Source: Cupriavidus necator
GTDB taxonomy: Bacteria; Pseudomonadota; Gammaproteobacteria; Burkholderiales; Burkholderiaceae
Direction of reading: 5' to 3'
DNA: 32,000 nucleotides
Assembly: GCF_016127575.1 (NCBI RefSeq)
Contig: NZ_CP066018.1
Span: forward strand, 3,630,001-3,662,000
Part shown: in pieces, positions 9,429 through 16,684 of the stretch
How the letters are laid out: each line of letters starts with the position of its first letter
How positions within the stretch are numbered: position 1 is the stretch's first letter
Position numbers and translations under genes: made by a program
Notes under the pieces: generated by a model
The model's input: the letters and a program-made list of their open reading frames with translations, nothing else
Database searches by the model: none
What the model was told of the DNA's origin: nothing

Positions 9429-10271
9429 TTACGCGTTGCGTAGCGACCGGAACCCGGAGCGCAATTCGGCACTGAATAGCTCTGGCTCCTCCCAGGCGGC
9501 AAAGTGACCGCCCTTCTCGACGCGGCGATAGTAGATCAGGTTTTGATAGGCTCGCTCCAACCACTGTTTTGGCGGCCGGTAGACCTCGCCAGGGAAAACC
9601 GTCACTGCCACCGGAACGGTGATGGGAGAATTCATTGCCGGGGCGCTACTGGCTTCCCAGTAGATCCGTCCGCTCGACTCGCCTGTATTTGTGAGCCAAG
9701 AGAGCGAGATGTTGTCAAGGATCGCATTACGGCCGAGTGCTCGCTCCGGATCGCCACGCGTGAATACCCAGTCGGCCTGCTTGTCATAGATCCACGCTGT
9801 CAGCCCCACTGGCGAATCGGCCAGGCCAAAGGCAATGGTTTGCGGCCGCGTTTGCATGATGGCCGCGTAACCGAATCCCCGGTTGAGAAAATCCCTCGCG
9901 TCGTCGAACACTTGCCTTTCTTCAGGGGTCAGGATTGACGGCGCAGGGTCCCCGCTTTTCAGCGCCATGGCTATCGCCGGTGGCAACGTGGTGGCGCGCT
10001 CGATGCGGTTGACGTGGATGCCAAGCAGCCCTTCAGGCGCCAGACTGCCAAGAGCGTCGGAGATGATTGCGCCCCAGTCGCCTCCCTGCGAAACGTAGCG
10101 CGCATATCCGAGCCGCTTCATCAGCACGTCCCACGCGCGGGCGATGCGGCCCGGGTGCCAGCCAGTGTCCGTGGGCTTCTGTGAGAAGCCGAAGCCGGGA
10201 ACCGACGGAATCACGAGATGAAACGCATCGTCCGCGCTGCCGCCATGCGCTGTCGGGTCCGTCAGCGACGG
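9429..10271 (-). pseudogene. Epoxide hydrolase (alpha/beta hydrolase), 5'-truncated
   Basis: Only the hydrolase core is present (...LTDPTAHGGSADDAFHLVIPSVPGFGFS...GGDWGAIIS...FAAWEEPELFSAELR). The frame is open to ~10271. The ~110-aa N-terminal epoxide-hydrolase domain and a plausible start are absent. Confidence 0.75.
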
Positions 10272-10930
10272 CGCCGCGCTTCGATCCCGCGCAGGCTCGG
10301 CGGACCTTTACGCTGGCCCTGTCTGATGTTGGAGAAGCGGCATTCCTGCCGCGCCTGCTGGCCCGGCTCATGAAAGAGGCGCCGCATGTGGACGTGCGTA
10401 CGGTGTCGGCACGGCACACGGACATCATGGATCAGCTCGAACGCGGCAGGATCGACCTGGCCATTGGCTACTATCCGGATCTGGGCGGTTCGGACGTATT
10501 CCAGCAGCGCCTGTTCCGGCATGGCTTCGTGTGCCTGGCGCGCAAGAATCACCCAGTCGCACGCGGACGCATGACGGCGCAACAGTTCCGGGAACCGCCT
10601 CATGCGATGATCCAGAACGAAAGCCGCAGCCAGGAGCTGGTCGAGGCGTATCTGCGCCAGCACGGTATCGCACGCCGCGAGATGCTGCGTTCTCCGCATT
10701 TCCTCAGCATTCCGCTCGTGATCGCATCGTCGGATCTGGTCGTCACGGTGCCGCTGCCGGTCGGCGAGCTGTTCGCGCGCATCGCGGATGTACAGGTCCT
10801 TGAGCCACCGTTCCCGATCCCCGCTTTCGATCTCAGGCAGCATTGGCACCGTTGCCAGCATGACGACCCGGGCAATCGCTGGCTGCGGGCGATCACCCAG
10901 GAACTGTTCGGCGAATCTCCTGGCGAGTAG
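10272..10930 (+). pseudogene. LysR-family regulator, substrate-binding domain only (HTH missing)
   Basis: Homology starts at ...FDPAQARRTFTLALSDVGEAAFLPRLLARLMKEAPHVDVRTV and continues to the stop. The ~90-aa N-terminal wHTH is absent. The upstream part of the track ORF (10067-10270) is antisense to the hydrolase and meaningless. Confidence 0.75.
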
Positions 10931-10960
10931 TGGCCCGTGCATCGCATGTGGTTGAAGCAA

Positions 10961-10988
10961 CGAGGGCGATCCATCAGGATCGCCCTCG
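10961..10988. terminator. Bidirectional stem-loop between the LysR remnant and NDH-2-like gene 1
   Basis: 12-bp perfect stem CGAGGGCGATCC / GGATCGCCCTCG with a 4-nt loop. On the minus strand it is followed by TTGCTTC. A related hairpin follows the paralogue at 14428-14454. Confidence 0.6.
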
Positions 10989-11007
10989 TTCATGATTGCT
11001 AGCGCTG

Positions 11008-12219
11008 TCAGGCCACTACCACATAGTGCGGATCGGCCCAAGCCAGCGCCTCGGCACGGTCAGCACTTGGCGGATAGATCCACTCGGTGTTGATCTGCGT
11101 CTTCAGTGCCTTGGCTTCTGCGCCCACCAGCTTCACCTGACGATCCCAGCCTTCGGTGTATACAGCCCCCCACGACCCGAGATCCAAGCAGGTGACATAT
11201 TTCGGCTGGCTGTAAGGAATCGGCGTTGCCCCCAGGAGGTCCGCCGCCACATTATGTCCTGCAATCCGGCCCAGCTTCATCGCGTGCTGACAGGACATCG
11301 CGGCGTGGTTGCCTTCCTCATCGGTGGACGCGTAGGCAACGTCACCAGTAGCGTAGACCGTATCGATGCCTTTGACCTTCAGGTTGCGATCGACATGGAG
11401 CCGCCCGAAGTTGTCGCGCTGCGCAGGAATCTGCGACGTCAGCGCACTGGCGCGCGCGCCGGCGGTCCAGATTACCGTGTCTGTCTCGATGCGCTGACCG
11501 TTCTCGAGCGTAACGCCGTTCGCATCGACCGCCGCGACGCCGGAGCCGAGCTTCCATGTCACACCGAGCTCAGTCAGCGCCTCGGTAATCACCGGACGCG
11601 GGCCGGGACCCAGATCCGGGCCAACGTCGCTGTTGCGCTCAACCATAATCACGTTCACGGCAGCGTCCTTGCCGAACACCTCGCGTAGACGGGCAGGCAT
11701 TTCCGCTGCGGTCTCGATACCGGTGAAGCCGGCACCGGCGATCACTACCGTGTTGCGCGCTACGCTTTCGGGACGACGCGCCAGGCTGGCGAGATGCGCA
11801 TCAAGCGCTGCGGCATCAGCCACCTGGTCTACATTGAACGAATGCTGCTCGAGACCCGGAATCTGCGGCCGGAACAGGCGGCTACCAGCGGCAAGGACCA
11901 GGCGGTCATAGCCGAGCTTACGGCGCGACGTATCGCCACCCAGCCCCACAAGTTCCACTTTCTGGCTTACCACATCAATGCGTTCGACCAGGCCCTGGAT
12001 GAACCTGACGCCCACAGCCTGAAAGATTTCCTGCAGCGGCGCCCTCATGCCGCCTGGGTTCTTCTCATAAAGACGCGGACGCACGTGCAGCTCGGGCTCC
12101 GGCGCGACCAGTACGATCTCCACGTCAGTGCGCCCCACTTCATCCAGAAGGCGGGCCGAACCCAGCGCGCTCCACATGCCGGCGAAGCCGGCACCAATAA
12201 CAACAATACGTTTCGACAT
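11008..12219 (-). CDS. NAD(P)/FAD-dependent oxidoreductase, NDH-2 (type II NADH dehydrogenase)-like, copy 1
   Basis: 403 aa with two Rossmann motifs (VVIGAGFAG and VVIAGAGFTGIETAAEM) and ATGDVAY...QHAMKLGRIAGHNVA. An AGGAG RBS is present. It is a paralogue of 13196-14407. Confidence 0.9.
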   Translation of the reverse strand: MSKRIVVIGAGFAGMWSALGSARLLDEVGRTDVEIVLVAPEPELHVRPRLYEKNPGGMRAPLQEIFQAVGVRFIQGLVERIDVVSQKVELVGLGGDTSRRKLGYDRLVLAAGSRLFRPQIPGLEQHSFNVDQVADAAALDAHLASLARRPESVARNTVVIAGAGFTGIETAAEMPARLREVFGKDAAVNVIMVERNSDVGPDLGPGPRPVITEALTELGVTWKLGSGVAAVDANGVTLENGQRIETDTVIWTAGARASALTSQIPAQRDNFGRLHVDRNLKVKGIDTVYATGDVAYASTDEEGNHAAMSCQHAMKLGRIAGHNVAADLLGATPIPYSQPKYVTCLDLGSWGAVYTEGWDRQVKLVGAEAKALKTQINTEWIYPPSADRAEALAWADPHYVVVA

Positions 12220-12302
12220 GCTTCATGCTCCTGAATCAATGCTCGGTTTCGCGTGACCGGCGAACTCCACAGTTGGCGTATCAGCCTGATCAGCCAGGCG
12301 GC

Positions 12303-12345
12303 GCCCACCGTAACTACGATTGTAATAGTCGTAGTTACGGTGGGC
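12303..12345 (-). promoter_or_regulatory. Palindromic box C1, perfect 17-9-17, overlapping the promoter of NDH-2-like gene 1
   Basis: GCCCACCGTAACTACGA-TTGTAATAG-TCGTAGTTACGGTGGGC. On the minus strand the -35 is TTGCCC (12342-12347). A 17-nt spacer follows, then -10 TACAAT (12319-12324). An A5 tract lies just upstream of the -35. Confidence 0.75.
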
Positions 12346-12442
12346 AAGATTTTTCCGCGACGCCAAGGTCGCGACATTCTCTTGTGCCATCTCGTGCGCT
12401 TTTCACCTGCGCCTTGCACTTCAATCATGTATCGACTATCTT

Positions 12443-12467
12443 TACTACGACTATTGTAATCGTAGTA
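12443..12467 (+). promoter_or_regulatory. Palindromic box C2 (TACTACGA-CTATTGTAA-TCGTAGTA), perfect 8-9-8
   Basis: It shares the core of the other boxes. The box plus ~45 nt upstream (TTGCACTTC...ATCGACTATCTTTACTACGACTAT) is homologous to the box F cassette at 29190-29244. No intact gene follows it on the + strand. Confidence 0.6.
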
Positions 12468-12709
12468 TATTGAGCTGGTGCTTTTCCTGCGTGTGACATT
12501 GCTGGAGCTGACGGACGCGATGCTCTACCAAACCGGGCGGCGCGTCTCCGACCCCGGCAGGCCTACAGCAGGCCACGACGAAGCAAGCGCGCTTGGCGAT
12601 CGAATACCGGCAGCAAATGATCAAGATCAAGGCTCTGGTTGACGATACCCGCCGCACGGCCGAAGAACGGTTGGAGGACATCGCCAAGCTGCTCGAGGGC
12701 CTAGGACGA

Positions 12710-12950
12710 CTACCCCTCATCGCTGTCCACGACAAACACGGCCAGCAGCTTGGCGGGCTTTGACTTGCTCGCGTTGCGGCTAACTGCATGGTGCGATCCC
12801 GGCTCCTCATGGAAGCTCTCGCCCGCCTTGCAGATGCGTTCCGGCCCATTGTCGACCTTGCTCGCAAGGCTGCCAGAGACGACATAGGCATGCCGGTTCC
12901 CTCAGGCACCCGGGTGCATCCAGCCGGTTCTCGTTACAGAGATTCTGTCC
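12710..12950 (-). pseudogene. Cupin-domain protein remnant (decayed paralogue of 29662-30087)
   Basis: The minus-strand translation YVVSGSLASKVDNGPERICKAGESFHEEPGSHHAVSRNASKSKPAKLLAVFVVDSDEG-stop (12710-12886) matches the C-terminal half of the cupin at 29662-30087. Upstream, the metal-binding HYH region is deleted or garbled and the signal peptide is absent. Confidence 0.8.
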
Positions 12951-12967
12951 CTGGTGGGCCGGCGCTT

Positions 12968-12992
12968 AACTGCGATTCATGTAGTCTCAGTA
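12968..12992 (-). promoter_or_regulatory. Degenerate palindromic box F' (AACTGCGA-N9-TCTCAGTA) upstream of the cupin remnant
   Basis: The reverse complement of 12964-13027 aligns with the box F cassette (TTGCACTTC...GATC...GTTACT..GACTA..TGA.CG.AGTTAA.GC). The arms are 6/8 self-complementary and the spacer is 9 nt. Confidence 0.45.
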
Positions 12993-13066
12993 ACAATTGT
13001 GGATTGATCGCTGAAGTGCAAGCCACTCGTGCAGGTCAGCTGGTAGCAGTTGGTAAAAAAAAACTT

Positions 13067-13109
13067 GCATCGCTTAACTACGACTACTATGATCGCAGTT
13101 AAGCGATGC
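13067..13109 (+). promoter_or_regulatory. Palindromic box D, 17-9-17 (1 mismatch), overlapping the promoter of NDH-2-like gene 2
   Basis: GCATCGCTTAACTACGA-CTACTATGA-TCGCAGTTAAGCGATGC. The -35 is TTGCAT (13065-13070). A 17-nt spacer follows, then -10 TATGAT (13088-13093). An A9 tract (13055-13063) lies just upstream of the -35. Confidence 0.75.
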
Positions 13110-13195
13110 GAACGAGCGCTCGCTGTTTCGATCGGGCGCGCTACGCCGCGGCGGAGTCGGCCTGTTACTTGAGATTTGGTTCAGGAGTATGAAAG

Positions 13196-14407
13196 ATGTC
13201 CAAACGGATTCTTGTCATTGGCGCCGGCTTTGCCGGCATGTGGAGCGCGCTGGCTTCGGCCCGTTTGCTTGACCAGGTTGGGCGCACCGATGTGGAGATC
13301 GCCCTTGTCGCACCGAAGCCGGAACTGCACATCCGCCCTCGCCTCTACGAGCAGAATCCGAACGGGATGAAGGCGCCGTTGCAGGACATCTTCCAGGCCG
13401 TTGGCGTCAGGTTCATCCAGGGCAAGGTGGAGCACATCGATGTCGCAAACCAGACGGTGAGCGTTGCGGGCGTTGGCGCTGATACGCCGCGCCAGCGCAT
13501 CAGCTATGACCGTCTGGTGCTTGCTGCAGGAAGCCGCCTGTTCCGGCCGCAGATCCCAGGGCTGGACCAGCATGCCTTCAATGTCGACCAGGTCGCTGAC
13601 GCCGCGGAGCTTGAAGCCCATATCCATGGACTGGCCGACCGCCGGGAGAGCGCCGGCCGCAATACGGTGGTAATCGCGGGTGCCGGCTTTACCGGTATCG
13701 AGACGGCTGCCGAAATGCCGGCTCGCCTCCGCGAAGTCCTGGGCGAGGACGCTGCCGTGAGCGTGATCATGGTCGAGCGAAATGCCGCGATCGGCCCTGA
13801 CCTGGGCGAGGGTCCGCGGCCGGTCATCACGCAGGCGCTGGCCGAGCTTGGGGTGACATGGAAGCTCGGCTCGGGTGTCGCGGCTGTCGATGCGAAAGGC
13901 GTCATGCTCGAGAATGGGGAGCGCATCGAGGCAGACACCGTGATCTGGACGGCGGGCGCCCGGGCCAACGAACTCACCGCACAGATTCCGGCAGAGCGGG
14001 ACAACTTTGGCCGGCTGCATGTTGACCGCAACCTGAAGGTCAAGGGGGTCGAGGCGGTGTTCGCCACCGGCGACTGCGCCTATGCCGCGACCGATGACGA
14101 AGGCAACTTCGCCACCATGTCTTGCCAGCACGCCATGAATCTGGGCCGCTCGGCCGGCCACAACGTGGCAGCAGACCTGGTGGGCGCGGCGCCAATCCCT
14201 TACAGCCAGCCGAAGTACGTGACCTGCCTGGACCTGGGGCCCTGGGGCGCTGTCTACACGGAAGGCTGGAACCGCCAGGTGAAGATGACGGGCGGCGTCG
14301 CCAAGGCGCTGAAGACGCGGATCAATACCGAGTGGATCTATCCTCCGAGCGCGAATCGTGAAGAAGCGCTTGCCTTGGCTGACCCACGGTTCATCGTCGT
14401 GGCCTGA
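13196..14407 (+). CDS. NAD(P)/FAD-dependent oxidoreductase, NDH-2-like, copy 2
   Basis: 403 aa, the same length as copy 1. By eye roughly four-fifths of residues are identical. It has a homologous RBS context (TTCAGGAGTATGAAAG-ATG) and a homologous terminator hairpin. Confidence 0.9.
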   Translation: MSKRILVIGAGFAGMWSALASARLLDQVGRTDVEIALVAPKPELHIRPRLYEQNPNGMKAPLQDIFQAVGVRFIQGKVEHIDVANQTVSVAGVGADTPRQRISYDRLVLAAGSRLFRPQIPGLDQHAFNVDQVADAAELEAHIHGLADRRESAGRNTVVIAGAGFTGIETAAEMPARLREVLGEDAAVSVIMVERNAAIGPDLGEGPRPVITQALAELGVTWKLGSGVAAVDAKGVMLENGERIEADTVIWTAGARANELTAQIPAERDNFGRLHVDRNLKVKGVEAVFATGDCAYAATDDEGNFATMSCQHAMNLGRSAGHNVAADLVGAAPIPYSQPKYVTCLDLGPWGAVYTEGWNRQVKMTGGVAKALKTRINTEWIYPPSANREEALALADPRFIVVA

Positions 14408-14427
14408 GGGCGCGAGGCAAAAAGGCA

Positions 14428-14462
14428 AGGGGGCGATCCGCGGGATCGCCCTCTCTGCCTTT
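14428..14462 (+). terminator. Intrinsic terminator of NDH-2-like gene 2
   Basis: The stem AGGGGGCGATCC / GGATCGCCCTCT (loop GCG) is followed by CTGCCTTT. The group II intron sequence starts at the next base. Confidence 0.65.
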
Positions 14463-15030
14463 GTACGCCCAGCATGGGCGCACTCTCGTGGGTGTAAGTC
14501 CCACCGTAAGTTGATCACAGCGGACGAAGCGAAGCGCAACTGCGAAAGGGTGACCGATCGTGGGGAGGAGCGCGAGCGAAGCTGCGAGCCGAGGAACACG
14601 AACCGGATAGAAGGCGGTGCCGACCAGAACGAGCGGGCAAAGCTTCGCGAAGTTCTCGCGATCAAGGGGAGGCGGCGTATATCCGGCGGTTGTGCAGTGA
14701 AGGAGTACGTTCTTACCTGGGGAGATCTCGCCTCATGCCTGAACGGGCAACGGCGTCGAGCCGGAGCGAGAAGTCGGCAGAGGTCGAAGTAGTCGGAGGG
14801 GTAGGGCTCAAGACCGCCGATGAAGGACCGAGCGAAAGGGAGTGTTCGAAGCCGTGTCGATGCAGCAGGCATCGCGTCAGAAGCCCGCGCGAGCGGGGCG
14901 AGCGAAGGAAACGGACGGTGAAACCGGCCGGGAACTCGCTTGCGACGAAGCCTGCGGCCTGCGACGCGAACCAGAGAGCACAGGGTCGGCGCCGCTTGCA
15001 GCGGCGCTGACGCGAGATAACCTGGGTAGT
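14463..15030 (+). mobile_element. Group II intron, 5' ribozyme portion only (class C-like); RT ORF and domains V/VI absent
   Basis: It begins GTACGCCCAGCATGGGCGCACTCTCGTGGGTGTAAGTCCCACCGTAAG. It also contains GAGGAACACGAAC, GTTCTTACCTGGGGAG and GAGAAGTCGGCAGAGGTCGAAGTAGTC. These align with the 5' end and domain I-III landmarks of the Oceanobacillus iheyensis IIC intron as I recall it. There is no reverse transcriptase frame downstream, and homology gives way to a minus-strand recombinase fragment near 15030. Confidence 0.8.
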
Positions 15031-15608
15031 ATCCAGGGTGATCCACCATGGCCCCGCCCGTCGAGCTTACGAGCGTGGACCACCTGGCGCTCAATCCAGT
15101 AATACACGACGTGTGGACTGATGCCCAGTCGGTGAGCGAGTTGTTGTACCGTGAGTTCGTCAGGCCACTGGAGGCTGGTCGGCGCAATCCCGTACCGGTC
15201 GCGGATCCACTTGACCATGGAGAGCGTGAACGATTTGCCAGTTGGGCTGCGCCGGCCTTCCTGATTGAGGTGCGCAACGATTTGTGGGTCGGACAGATGT
15301 TGCGACAGCCTGCGTACGTGCTCGACGGTCGCAGTGGGATAGCGCATCGCGTCGGTGACCGGCTTGGGCAAAGTCACGGTGGTGTCGGTACAGGTACCGC
15401 CCTGCCAACGCACATGTAGGACTACCTGTCTCGTTGCGGGCAGCTTCTCGAACCTGATGTACCGACTCAAGACACTCACTGGTCCTTGCCTGTGGGCGCG
15501 CGAGACCGGCTCCCAGGCCACGGAGGGGCCATCCGTGTAGATGTGCTCAACCGCATGGCGGCCCTCGCTCGCCCGCAATCCGTGCGCGTTGGCTGACTTG
15601 GTGTTCAC
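15031..15608 (-). pseudogene. Large serine recombinase, C-terminal fragment
   Basis: ...VLHVRWQGGTCTDTTVTLPKPVTDAMRYPTATVEHVRRLSQHLSDPQIVAHLNQEGRRSPTGKSFTLSMVKWIRDRYGI...LTVQQLAHRLGISPHVVYYWIERQVVHARKLDG resembles the C-terminal region of ~700-aa recombinase-family proteins. No resolvase catalytic domain is present. Confidence 0.65.
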
Positions 15609-15821
15609 GGAAATACCAACGCCTTCAGATCCGACTTTTGCAACAACGCCCTTCTTCGACCAACTGGGCCTGCCCCCTCACTTTACCTCAACCTCTCGAA
15701 CCGCCCGGTGCGGACCCGCATGCCGGGTGGTAATGGAATGGACGCCCCCGTCCGAAACGGCATCGATGTGCCAAAGTGGTAAGTGCGTCGAAGCACAACC
15801 ATCATCGAAGGAGGCGTCACC

Positions 15822-16465
15822 ATGAGCGTTACTACATAGGGCATTGACCTCGCCAAGAATATCTCCCAGGTCCACGGCGTGAACGAGCACGGCAAGTCCG
15901 TATCGAAGAAGCAGCTAAAGCGACATCAGATGGCGACGTTCTTTGCAAACCCTTCCGCCGAGTCTGGTTGGCATGGAAGCCTGCGGTGGGGCCCACTTCT
16001 GGGCACGCAAGCTGCAGGCGCTCGGCCACACGGTGCGGCTCATGGCTCCCCAGTTCGTCAAGCCCTATGTGAAGACGAATAAGAACGACATGGCCGATGC
16101 GGAAGCGATTTGCGAAGCCGTGGCGCGGCCGAATATGCGGTTCGTGCCCATCAAGAACGTCGACCAGCAAGCGGTTCTTGCGCTACACCGCGCCCGTCAG
16201 GGGTTCGTGCGGGCCCGCACTGCGCAGGCGAATCAGATTCGCGGGCTGCTCGGGGAATTCAGTCTCGTGATCCCACGGGGTATCACGAGCATTGCCCAAC
16301 ATGTGCCGCAGCTCATCGAAGACGCCACAAATGAACTGCCAGGCTCGTTCCGTTTGTTGGTACAGCGCTTGATCGATCATCTAAAGGAACTCGATCGACA
16401 GGTCGAAGAGCTCGAGATGCAGATCAAGGCTTGGCATCACGCGAATGACGCCAGCCGGAGGTTGG
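15822..16465 (+). pseudogene. IS110-family transposase, N-terminal (DEDD) half, with premature stop and frameshift
   Basis: MSVTT-stop(TAG 15837-15839)-GIDLAKNISQVHGVNEHGKSVSKKQLKRHQMATFFAN. A +1 shift near 15950 leads into LPPSLVGMEACGGAHFWARKLQALGHTVRLMAPQFVKPYVKTNKNDMADAEAICEA...KAWHHANDASRRLA. A GGAGG RBS is present. Confidence 0.85.
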
Positions 16466-16684
16466 CTCGTGCTCCGTGGACCATCAGCGTGCGCAAGTAC
16501 GTGTCACCGCGCTTGGTAATGCCGAGCAGCAACGGTTTGCCTCCGCTCGAATGCTGCCTCGGCACCAAGCCTAGCCATGCCGTCAATTGCCGAGCGTTGC
16601 TGAAGCACTTGCCATCCCCGATCGAAGCAACAAGGGCACTGGCCGTGATCGGGCCGATCCCGGGAATCTCTGCGCGCGAGGCGC
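16466..16684 (-). pseudogene. IS110-family transposase, C-terminal-domain segment in inverted orientation
   Basis: The minus-strand translation is ASRAEIPGIGPITASALVASIGDGKCFSNARQLTAWLGLVPRQHSSGGKPLLLGITKRGDTYLRTLMVHGARAN (Transposase_20-type motif). It abuts the N-terminal half head-on at ~16465 and the stop codon of the thioredoxin-like gene at 16685. Confidence 0.8.

Larger units (their letters stand above)
15610..16684. mobile_element. IS110-family element remnant, internally rearranged
   Basis: It contains a structured leader, the N-terminal DEDD transposase half on the + strand and a C-terminal-domain segment on the - strand (next two features). The element termini were not identified. 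Confidence 0.75.

Noticed and set aside
10067-10271. 5' part of the 287-aa track ORF that would give the LysR remnant an N-terminus
   Set aside because: This part is antisense to epoxide hydrolase coding sequence and has no wHTH motif. LysR homology only begins near 10280.
12470-12710. Open frame reading ...TKQARLAIEYRQQMIKIKALVDDTRRTAEERLEDIAKLLEGL downstream of box C2
   Set aside because: It has no in-frame start with an RBS and I recognise no family. It runs into the antisense of the cupin remnant. I treat it as unassigned remnant DNA rather than a gene.
13055-13063. A9 homopolymer upstream of NDH-2-like gene 2 as a phase-variation tract
   Set aside because: It lies just upstream of the -35, where the homologous promoters B and C1 also carry shorter A-tracts. 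An UP-element-like role is the simpler reading. Length changes there would not alter -35/-10 spacing.
13181-15277. 698-aa ORF on the - strand spanning NDH-2-like gene 2, its terminator and the intron fragment
   Set aside because: It runs antisense through a well-supported CDS, a terminator hairpin and ribozyme sequence. The only meaningful part of the minus strand here is the separate recombinase fragment, which is in another frame (15031-15608).
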